The notes beneath the pieces were generated by a model, which had not been told where the DNA came from, made no database searches, and saw only the letters and a list, made by a program, of their open reading frames with translations. A stretch of 64,000 bases of DNA from Paragordius varius (Eukaryota; Animalia; Nematomorpha), in assembly GCA_964247055.1 (NCBI GenBank), contig OZ176051.1:10726001-10790000 (forward strand), written 5' to 3'. A program made the position numbers and the translations under genes. Every line of letters begins with the position of its first letter. Position 1 is the stretch's first letter. Of the stretch, positions 1 through 11,195 are shown in pieces.

Positions 1-131
1 ATATCTGTAAAAAATAGGCTTTTTTAACACAGAATAAAAATTTTTGATGATTGGATTTTATTCAAAACAACCGATAAATATTAATAGCTACAAAAAAATT
101 GAAAACTGTAGAAACAATAGAGAATGTTTAC

Positions 132-1090
132 TGTATAAAAAGGCATTTTGTTCAGTTTGATAATAGGCACCACTTGGTTTTGGGTATTGTTGATTATTCG
201 CAACATTTGGTTGCCAAGGACCACCGTAATAATTTCCTGTAGCAGGTCTATAACCTAGAACGAAAAGTTATATTAACACTTTTAAAAATAAAAAAAATAT
301 GAAAATAAATGGTTTTATATACCATACATATATCATAAATTAAATTTTCAAATTCACTCTTGAACACACCACCCTTGAACGATTCGAATTCACCCTAAAA
401 TAAATAATGTGTTTTTAAAATTAAAAATTACCTATATTTTATATTTTTAAAATTGAAATTTCGTTTAAAATTAATATGGTGAAATTTATAATAATTATGC
501 TATAAGAATATATATTTTTGATATTAATGATGAGGTATATTATCCCAAAACACATAATTTATATTTAGGTTGAATTTGTGTTCAAGTGTGAATTTTGAAT
601 TTCAATTGTAAATGGAATATTATGAATAGATTTCCGAATCTAAAATTGGTTTTAATACACCTATAAATTTTTAAAAGCAATAATATTTATGAAAGGACCG
701 TTTCCCTATACAATAACAATTGTGTCGATTAAATTCTTTTTTCAAAAGTTCAACTTGTGAAAAAAATTCCAGAGCAAATTTGTACCTTAAAGTTATAATA
801 AAATGGCTCATCTAAAAATATAAATTATACAACTTTCTAGGGGCATTGTTTAGAAAAATAATTTAAAATATAAATTTTCATAAAACTATATCCCTATTGG
901 TGGCCATTTTTTAATTTTATGTTAAATGGCGATGGGATATAATTATATTTTAAAAATAAAAGTAACTAAAAATTTTAATAATTTAGCAACTAGTTTTAGT
1001 TTATATTTTAAATATTCAATGCTTATATTGTATTAAACTGTGTGAACTTGAAGTTTATAAAATGTATGAAATAAACTCTTTTTGTACTTG

Positions 1091-1125
<35 letters not shown>

Positions 1126-2609
1126 GTTGCTTCAAAATAAATTTTAGCATTAACTATTAAAATAGTTTTTTATCGTGTAACCGTCCAAAAAAACAAAATA
1201 AACCGAAAATATTCAAAATACTAAAAGGTATGCATAACTCATTATATTCCTTTGCATAAAAAATTTTTTATTATCAATTAAAATAAAGGGTTACCAATAT
1301 TTTCAATGAAAAAAACCTCTCTTATATAAAAACGGTAAAATTTTTTCAATGAATGCATTTCATCTTAAAATATACTTTTTATCCACAATACTGTAAAAAT
1401 GAACAGAGTGGATTTTATTTCGACGTGGTTTATAATATGAATATATATATATATATATATATCTAGATTGAAAAATAAAATATATAATTGTTAATCATTC
1501 GAAAATTTTTTAATATGCTTCTATCGATTTAAATAGTAAAATCAAACCTGATTTAACAATTTACATGTGCTCAAATATCAAAAAAAAATAATTATAAGGA
1601 TCTAAAATTATAATTACAAACAAAATACTAAATCAAAGATTAAATTAAATTTTTCATAATAATATCAAAAAATGAAACGCTTGACAAACCATTTTCCCAA
1701 AACATATTTATTAATAACTTAACAAATTTATTAATGGTAAAATACATATTTTGCCTTAAAGGGCACACCAAAAATTATTGCACATAGTTAAATCTTTCCA
1801 AATATTTGACTTAATAAGGAAACAAAGAAAGAAAAAAGGATTTACCAAAAAGTGTTTCACCAGGATATGGGGGTCGATTAAAACCACCCATGGTGTTGAC
1901 CGGTTCTCGGGAGCGAATGCCATAAAAAGCGTTCGGCCAGCCAGAAGTACCGGTTGTTCCAGGGGGATAGCCACGTCTTTTGTACCAATAACCTCCTCCC
2001 GAACACAGAATCAATAGGATAAGTAAGAAAAACCTATATAAAAGCATACATTAGTTTTATAGTGTCGTAAAAATTGTACTGCATGACCCAATGTTACCAG
2101 ACAATAAAAGCATTTGGGTTTATTAAAAAATTTCCTTATACACGATATAAATCAAATTGGGCGTAAAACCGTCGAATCTAAAAAATGTTATGTAAAATAT
2201 TTCTATAATATATTATTTTATAACTTACAAAGATTAAAATATTAAGTTTAATAAAATAAATTGATCTAAGTAATTTAATTACCAAAACCACCAAAGATTA
2301 AAGAATGTGAAAGGAGCAGTACAACAACCACCTCGGCAACAGACTTGATAATGAGGACAACTAAATTATAAATGTAAATCAAAATTTTGAAAAAAATTAT
2401 CAATAATTAAAAACATACTAATAAACTCCGTTAAAGGGATCATGACATATCTTGGAGACTACCTATAAATAAATATAATTAACCAAGAGGTTTCAATCCC
2501 ATAAAAAATGTCGTTAAAAAATAAAAATAAATTTAAAATTATATATAACATGCTTAATTACCTCTCCAATCAGAACAATCAAGATAAAACTAATTATGTT
2601 TTTGATCAT
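132..2609 (-). CDS. VOPP1: VOPP1/WBP1 (Shisa-like) family single-pass membrane protein; the 3' end probably lies beyond the left edge
   Basis: Hand-spliced exons 2609-2562, 2462-2419, 2360-2283, 2033-1861 and 254-132, all GT-AG and phase-consistent. They give MIKNIISFILIVLIGEVVSKICHDPFNGVYYCPHYQVCCRGGCCTAPFTFFNLWWFWFFLLILLILCSGGGYWYKRRGYPP..., i.e. signal peptide, Cys-rich C-x-CC-x3-CC ectodomain, WWFW-led TM helix and a Pro/Gly/Tyr-rich tail, as in VOPP1 (LWYFWFLL...CCGAGFFIRRRMYPPP). The last exon could alternatively read to a TAG at 90-88. Confidence 0.75.
322..615. mobile_element. MITE of the CCATTTAC-TIR family (TA-flanked, with ~21-bp AAATTCACCCTTGAACAATTC subrepeats)
   Basis: Shares the terminal repeat (GTAAATGG at 608-615), AAATTCACCC subrepeats and AT-rich core with copies at 16081, 19219, 33513, 38472 and 41292. 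Confidence 0.65.
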
Positions 2610-3940
2610 TTGCAAACGATAGTGCATTCCATAAATAATCCTATCGATTTTTATGGACTATAAACTAACCCTGATGTGAAATACTGATACAAGTTGTGTC
2701 ATCTGACAGTTTCTAATTTTCAGTAGTCTAAACAAACGTTATTTTTTTATTTAAAAAGATACAACAATGTTTACAAATTATTTTAATCAAATTAAACATG
2801 ATTACTTCGTTGTATTTTTATTAGCAATTTTCGGTAAAAAAATTCCCTTATAATTAATAAAGAAACTTAAAGGGTTAGGGTACAAACGATTAATAATTTC
2901 TAGGATGTGGAGTTTATAGCACTAATTTAGCGTTTAAACAGCAAAAAATTTAAACAAAAGCAATAATGTCTATTTTGCGACTTTTTTATTTATTCTATTT
3001 TCTCAAAAAATACAAAGTTGAAAGCAATAGGATATAAAAACAAAGGCGAAACAAACTACTTTTCAATCTATAATGTAGGATTTGATATTGATTTGATGAG
3101 TAGAATGTTCAGGTGTGCAATCTAAATTTGGATAACACCGAATAAACCTTAAAATATCAGAAAATATATCCAAAACAAAAGCAAATTAAAGTTTATTTTA
3201 ACTTTTAATTTATTTGTCTGCTCATAGAATTCGGCACCTAAACATTTACAATGAGGATTTATACGCTTTTTTATATTTTTTAATTCATATATTGGTTAAC
3301 ACTTGGATAAAACAATTTATTTCAGTCCTCCGATTCGGGGTTTGAGGACCTTAGGTTAAATTGAATATATTGTAAATTTGCTTTTATAATGATGTGTAGA
3401 ATAAAATTCAATTTAAAATATTTATATTACTTATTTGATTAAACGTCAAAGCAAAAGTATTGTCACTTGAATTAGCTAAATATAAAAAATATTTTTTCTA
3501 AATTAATTAATGTTTAATTAGGATCAAATAAAATATTTCCTTTAACTTTAGCGTTAGAATTAAATAAACTCGTTATAACAAAAATGTTGCAAAATAAAAA
3601 AGGCGTCAAACTAGTTTGATACAGAGCTTTTTTCAAACTTTATATTGGAAGTTTGGCTTTTTTTTATAATTTAGATGTAGCATAATTTAATTTGGATCCA
3701 TTCTGGGGTCACTAGATACTCTACTTTGAATCCAATTGTTAATTAACCTAAAAAGCCAAAAAATGCAAATTATTTTAATATAGATAGATATTATTTAGCA
3801 CTTGATAACATTTTCAATTTTTTGTGTACGACGACATCATTGGGTATTTTGAGGGTTAAAGTGGCAAAAAAACTAAAAAAATTTTGGTTAAAATTAATCA
3901 TTTCTTGCATTAGCACTTATATACAACACACTCATTTTAG

Positions 3941-4457
3941 TCCTTCGATTCAAATTAGGGTAGTTGGATACCCGAGGCCTGTTTAAAATCAAATATTTTA
4001 AAAAGCATGGAACGAATCGAAACCATGGCAAAAATTTGCATTTATATAACATTAATAAACCTAAATATATAAAAAATCTTATTAACATATTTTGAGCTAA
4101 AACCGAAAGGTAAAAATTTCGCCAACGTGACATGTCTCAAATGGTAAAATTAAAAAATAATACAAAATAAACCGCTTTTTTTATTTCTATCAACGTTAGA
4201 CGTAATTTATATTAAAATTGGCCTTAGTTTTACCCTTAAAATTAAATGAAGACGATATCTTGCAAAAATTTTGTAAAATAAAAATGGCGCCAAAGTAGTT
4301 AGAGATAAAACTTTTATCAAGATATTTTGGCATATTTATATAATTTTTATCAGGATAGAAGCATAAATTTAAATTGGGACCGTTTTCTTCAGTAGTTTTT
4401 TAAATATCTTAACTTAAATTTAGTCTGGGGTATTTAAATCCAATTTAAATCGAAGTG
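3941..4457. mobile_element. ~520-bp TIR element with TTAA/TTAG flanks (piggyBac-like MITE, tentative)
   Basis: Ends TTAG|TCCTTCGATTCAAATTAGGGTAG and CCAATTTAAATCGAAGTG|TTAG. A homologous copy in the opposite orientation lies at 46918-47468, with homology extending into the flank. Confidence 0.5.
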
Positions 4458-6597
4458 TTAGTATAACATTAGTTTTTTATCTGCCAATTTTAGATGGGTT
4501 TAAAACACAATTGAAACGAACAGTTTATATCAAAATTGCCATTGAAAGTTATCCAAAATTAATTATTTATATTTTATAACCATAATATACAGTTACTTGC
4601 GTATTGTAAAGGCGGCGAAAAAGTTGAGGTGGGATTGTTTTAGTTTTTCCTTTTTTCTAATAAAAAGTTTGTACCATGAGCAAAAAGGTATTTAACATTG
4701 GCCCAATCTAAAATATTTTTTTAGATAATTAAGGTTTATATGGCCCTGGCGATAAAACTATCCCAAGTGATCATAAAGTGTTAAAGCCCTTATTAAAAGC
4801 ACACCTAAAGCTAATTACTTATCAATAAAACAGTACATGTCAAAATTTCTTAGTGAAGATATTTTCTTATAAAAATATCATCAGGATTTTTATGGCCCTT
4901 TGATTTTTAAGCCTTACAGCTTATATTGTTGGTATTTGCTCCAATGAATCGCGAAATTGCGTTGATTTATTAAATAGATTTTTAGTAAAAGGAAGTTTGT
5001 AATAATAATCATTATTCATATAACACAGTATCCACAAACAATATCTTGACGAAAATATATATTCAGATGGGGAAATGTATCAGGATTATCATGGTGCTTT
5101 TGTGGCCCTTACGAGGGATTTAAAAAAATCACTAACACTTTTGTGGTAGCTGCTCCATATCAAGTGCAAAAATTTCCCACATTTTGTTTTATGGATTTTT
5201 CTTAGTGAACGGAATGCTTCTCCAAAAAATATCACTTAAATTTGTATTAAACTACAAATAGACCAAAGTCCCAATACTTCGATCTAAAATGGTCCAGTCA
5301 TATAAAATAAACGCACCAATGCAGAAATTGGGCGAATTTTTTATATATGATAAATTTTTATATAAAAAAATATTTTTGAAAAACTCCATATTGGAAAGTT
5401 AATACAAATATTTGGTGGAACCGTACTTATACTCTTTTGTGGCATTGTGTATAAAATGCTTTGAGACATTAAAAAAATTACTTATATTTATATCGATGAT
5501 GCTGAACATTTCTATCACCTCAGAATTTAAATGTTTGCTTTTAAGTTCCACAAAAACACAATTTATAATTGAAATAAATTTTAAACTAATAGTTAATTAA
5601 GTTCCAGTGGTTATATAAGTGTATAGCATCATCGAATTTTTTTAAATGTGTTTTTTTTATCTAAAGCGTTTTTATATTGTTTCCATCATGCAAAGAATTT
5701 TTGAGTACGGTTCAACCAAATTTTGCTAATTAAAATTTTGGATGCATATTTTGAAAAATAATTTTTTTTATATCAAAATTTAAATATTTTAAATATATCG
5801 CTCAATCTACGCATTTGTGCGTTTATTTTAGGAGAAATCGCCCATTTTATAAGGGCAAAAATTAGGGACTTTCGGAGCTTTATTTAAAAATTTTAATTTT
5901 AAAATATTGTTTTACTTTTTTTTGTAGTTCATATATTGTGTAATATTTTTTGGAATAAAACAAAAGCATTAAGCCTTTCGCCAAAAAATTTTGCATTGCA
6001 AAGTGTGGGCAAATTATGCCATTTAGTTACCATAAAAGTGAAAATAACTTTCTTAAACCACTATTAAGGGTCACAAAGGCATCATGATAATCCTGATATA
6101 TTTTCCTATCAAATATTATATTTCATCAGGATAGTTATTTCATATTATCCGATTTCGGACGCAGCAGCCTAATAAAATTAGAGAGCATTTTCAAAATTTT
6201 CATTTTGTTGTGAACTCTGAAGTCTCATCAATTTTCGGGACTTCTGGGATAATTATCTTAAATCTACAAGGTAAACGATAAAATTAAAGTTAGATAATGA
6301 CATCAGTAAAAAATACTATTAAAAATGCATATTTTGTCGAATATATTTTATGTGGTTTCTGAGCACGGTTTAATATATTAAAGCACACAAAAATATTATA
6401 AAACATATACGCATTTTAATAGATTGATGTATCGGGATTATATATGTGTTATCGATACACATAAAATTAAAAATTTTTTATACTTATTGCGATTAATTAA
6501 AAATTTGAGGCTTGGGGTTAGCTTTTGTTTCATCACATAAAATAAGAATATATCATGATATATTTAGGTAAAATATATCCTTTTATGGTTTCTATAT

Positions 6598-6866
6598 CAT
6601 GAATGTATAACATTCGGCCCTCCGAGACTTTATGCGCGGCCTGCGAAAATTTGAAGGTCAAATTTGCAAAAATATGCTCACAAAATCTCAGTAAAATTGA
6701 TATTTCACAAACTATTTATTTGAATACGCATCAATCGGAAACTAAAAAAATGTTATTTTATGTGTGCATTTTAAGTTCGTATGCTTTAAATCTATTAAAT
6801 TATTTATGAGTGCCCCTATGGATTAATAATGCGGCCCGCGAAGCCATTTGTGTTGGAGACCCAATG
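6598..6866. mobile_element. Degenerate hAT (Buster/Charlie-type) MITE
   Basis: Right end GCGGCCCGCGAAGCCATTTGTGTTGGAGACCCAATG matches the ends at 21762, 27025 and 39375; CGGCCC motifs lie near the degenerate left end. Confidence 0.55.
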
Positions 6867-6946
6867 CGAAATTTTTACATTTTCCGCCAAATAATTCTTT
6901 ATAATGAAAGTTAAATTAATTTTTCAAAATATCATAACATGTATTA

Positions 6947-7953
6947 TATAAATGTATAATTATACAAAATATTCATAATATTATGTTTGAAATTAACATT
7001 CTTCCTATTGATATTAATACAGGTTATTTGTTTATATAATTGATATCCGATGCGGTGTGCGTTCATGATGATCATATAGATTGACGAATAGTATGAGATG
7101 CAATAATTAAATACAAATAATCCTGAATATTTCAATCATCATTTTCTAGGTAGATTCCATCAACTAAAATATAAGATAATTAATATATTAGAAAATTGAT
7201 ACCTGGATTCTAGAACAACATAAATTGGGGGCTAATACATTCAAAGTTGAAAGAGAACTAAATAAGGTTGACTTGGCTTTTTAACAACTAAATTTGCAAA
7301 AAAATATTTTCTTCATGATAACAAATTCAAAAATGATACTTTATATTTTGGGGTTTTCGTTTTACCATTCTAAACTATAAATATAAAAAACTATTCTTCA
7401 CCAAAGCAAACAATGTTAGTTTTGCCTGGAGTGCTGTTGCATTCAAAGCTTTTGAAAATAAATATTCGTTTCTTTTTCTATTTGACGTCATTGGTATGGT
7501 GAAATCATATAAGCCTTTTCATATTTATAGTTTAGGATGGTAGAACAAAAAAAACATAAAGTATCATTTTTAAATATTTTATCATGAAGAAAATATTTTT
7601 TTGCAAATTTAGTTGTTAAAAAGCCAAGTCAACCTTATTTAGTTCTCTTTCAACTTTGAATGTTTTAGCCCCCAATTTATGTTGTTCTAGAATCCAGGTA
7701 TCAATTTTCTAATATATTAATTATCTTATATTTTAGTTGATGGAATCTACCTAGAAAATGATGATTGAAATATTCAGGATTACTTGTATTTAATTATTGC
7801 ATCTCATACTATTCGTCAATCTATATGATCATCATGAACGCACACCGCATCGGATATCAATTATATAAACAAATAACCTGTATTAATATCAATAGGAAGA
7901 ATGTTAATTTCAAACATAATATTATGAATATTTTGTATAATTATACATTTATA
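6947..7953. repeat. ~1-kb foldback inverted repeat
   Basis: 6947-~7315 is the reverse complement of ~7583-7953 (I saw only 2 mismatches). A more diverged inner ~70 bp and a ~130-bp loop follow. The ORF track shows near-identical peptides on opposite strands (6944..7135 and 7765..7998). Confidence 0.95.
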
Positions 7954-8179
7954 ATTCAAATAAATTTATTTATATTTGGCGATATTCAGATACTTTAAAA
8001 GATGTTTTATATATCTTGATCTTATTTTCAATCTTTGCTGACATAAGGTGTTTGTTAAAATAAATAGTTGTTTTGGAAAATAAAATGTCAAACATAAAAC
8101 CGTAACATGCATTTTTACCTGCTCAGATATGTTAACTATAGTTAATATATTAGTTATCAATGGAAAACAAAAAAAAATA

Positions 8180-8800
8180 ATATTTTAAAAAACCGGAAAT
8201 CATAGTAATTTTTACCTGTATATTAATTTAATAAAAACCGCAATTTTCCCCTGTTTTTTAAATGTCCAAAATATTTAGTAATTAATAACAAATAACAATC
8301 AAAAAAAATACATAAAGTGTTCAATTTGAAATTCGTTTAAAACCGCCATTTTCACCTGTAATTATTAAAAATTCCAAATATGTAGGAATTAATTACGATT
8401 AACAATGTTAAATAAAAAAAACAAAAATTACTAAGCATATAAACAACCGCAATTTGATCTGTATTTATTATAATGTCCAAAATATGTAGTAATTAATTAC
8501 AATAAACAATGCAAAATATAAAAAAACAAAAAAAACTAAATTTTTACTAAATTTGTTTAAAACCGCAATTTTTACCTGTATTTTTTATAATGTCCAAAAT
8601 ATGCAGTAATTAATTACAATTAACAATGTTACTAAAAAAACAAAAAAATTAAATTTGACTACATTTAAAAACCGAATTACCTGATTAAAATATCTGAAAT
8701 ACTTAAAAATTATTAATAATTAACATTGCAAAACATAAAAGACAAAAATCTAAAAACTACTTAAACTTTCGCAAATATATATTTACCTGTGTTTTTTTAA
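8180..8800. repeat. Degenerate minisatellite, ~105-120 bp unit, about 5-6 copies
   Basis: Recurrent AAAACCGCAATTTT(T)ACCTGTATTT..TAATGTCCAAAATATGTAGTAATTAATTACAAT near 8235, 8340, 8445, 8560 and 8670. Confidence 0.8.
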
Positions 8801-11195
8801 TTAGTAGTAACAACTATATAAAATTATAATACCAATATTCATTAATACACGTATTTAGAATCTTGAAAATTATTAAATTTAGGAATAATTAACATTAAAA
8901 GTCTTAAAATACGTATTTTACTATTTATTTATTTATCAAAGATAAAACCCACAAAATTCCGCATCTAAATACGTAACAACAATATTTCAAATGTTAACAT
9001 AAATTGCTATAATATTCTCAAAATTTAACATTACAAAATATCCATCAAATTAAAGCCTATGTTAATTCTCACGTCAATCCTCTTTCATATGTGTACTACG
9101 AAATAATTTCGTGGGTCAGTATTTTACGCATTGGATAAACCATTTATGTTTTTTGATTGGCAATAAAATTACTGAACATACATTAAAATGCATACTGTAT
9201 TTGGTATATAAGAGAAGCAAAACAATATTTATTTTTTAATGTGGGGCTCAATATCTTATACATACTTTAAAATGAATCAGATTCCTTAACAAACGTTAAA
9301 ATGAGGGTTTGCGTCATAAAAAACCTTAACACTTCATTGTTATTAGCTATTTAAAAAAAAATTATTGTAGTATTTGCGCAACTTTGAAATGCACTTTAAC
9401 CTTTTAAGCGCTTTCAGGAAACTTTAAAAACATCCAAGCTTGCCGTCATCCTTTTTCTCTAAATTTTCAAATAACGTTAATACGACCGGAAATTAAATGT
9501 ATGTTAGGGTTAAAAATATAAATAATTATTGGAAATATTTTAAATTACATTTTACAAGCGAATTTTCGACATTTATTGATTATCTGTTGGATTGAATCGT
9601 GTTTTGGGCAGCATGAATTTGGAAGTTTAGGTGTTGGAAAACTATAAAAATATTTTATGAGTTTTTTAAATAAAACACGAGAACGGGGTTTATAATTAAA
9701 CTTTAATAAATAACTTTCATATCAAGAGTTTATTTACAAGTTTAAGCTCTATAGGAAAAAACTTTATTAGCAAAATTTTGTTGAAAACGTAATGATTTAA
9801 AGCAGAGTTGGCCAACACGACCCCCGAAACATTATGTGAGGAGGCGAAAGTTTATTATTATAAAAATAAATTTCATTTACAAAAATAGGCTCAAATCTTA
9901 ATAATATTGATATTTATTAAACAAATTTTTTGAATAGGTCTTTACAATTGACAACGAACCAGAAAAATTGGTGGAAATAATGGTTAATTTGTATTGGCAA
10001 AAATTATGTAAATTTGAAATATTTTAACCATATATTTTTTAAATACCGCCCGGTTTTTTGAGCCAAAAAGAGTATCTAGTTTTATAAAATTTAATGACCG
10101 TGCTTTTGGTTTTTAAACATACGAGTGATATAAAAAGATATTTGCTCTTATGAGGTAATTTTATGAGATTGCAAACATATTATGTAAATATTTTTTGGAT
10201 AAGTTGAATGCCTTCGCAAATTATATTATTAAAAAATGATACTATACATTGGTGTTACCTCAGAATTTTAATTTATGGTTCGTTTACTTTTAAATTTGGG
10301 TGAGTGAAAAAAAAGACAAATTATATTTAACTTTAATTTCAAAATAGCATGGAAAACATTTTATACTGATTCTATATAATTAACCACAATATACGATTCA
10401 ACAAAGTTTTCCTAGAAATTTTATTAGACAAAGTATTCATTTCTTCAGAAATATTTTTTTGATGTCATAATCCATATAATAAAAATATTTATCGCGCAAT
10501 GTCAGCATTTCCGCCTATATTAAAATAAATTAAGGCGCCAATATGATAATAGCTCACATATAAAAATTCCAATTTTTATGTTTTGCCTTCTTAATTTAAA
10601 TTACATGGGTTAGTATACATTGCTAGAAAGTTATTAATTACTTCCAAAAAGCATATACAAAAAAGGGCTGTATAAATGACTTATAGTTAATTTTTTCACA
10701 TTTTCCTATTATGAGCCAATATTAATTCTCTTTGCTGCATATGCTATATAACAATAATTAATAACTTCTAGAAATATATGCTTACTTATATAGTAATAAT
10801 CTATTTAGATGATATTTTATATAATGCTTAAAGCTTTACCAAAATATTTAGTAAAATATGCGCAAAATTTGCGATTTTTTGATATAGTGCACCACAAAGA
10901 TACCTTTCTAATATCATGTATAAAGTCCAAAACAAAAATTCATTGTGCATTGCGTTTATTCTATAGACATCATTAAATGAATAATCTTACCTAAGAAATT
11001 TAAGTTGAGTATAATTTAAAACAATGATAAATTATAATTAAAAGCAGCTAAATTAGCTTAAATTTATTAAATACAAAAAACTAGGATTGAGTATAAAAAT
11101 GATGCATAAAAATAGCTTTGGCACTAAATGCTAACATGCTGGATGTGGAATGCGCGAATTATAATACAAAAATGCTTTCATATCTATTGCAATTA

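Noticed and set aside
6085-6135. Minus-strand CTGATGA...GAAA string
   Set aside because: It arises from the ATCCTGAT/ATCAGGAT inverted repeat motif; stem II does not abut GAAA.
6944-7998. Twin ORFs MKYSGL... on opposite strands
   Set aside because: By-products of the palindrome; AT-rich, with no recognisable motif.
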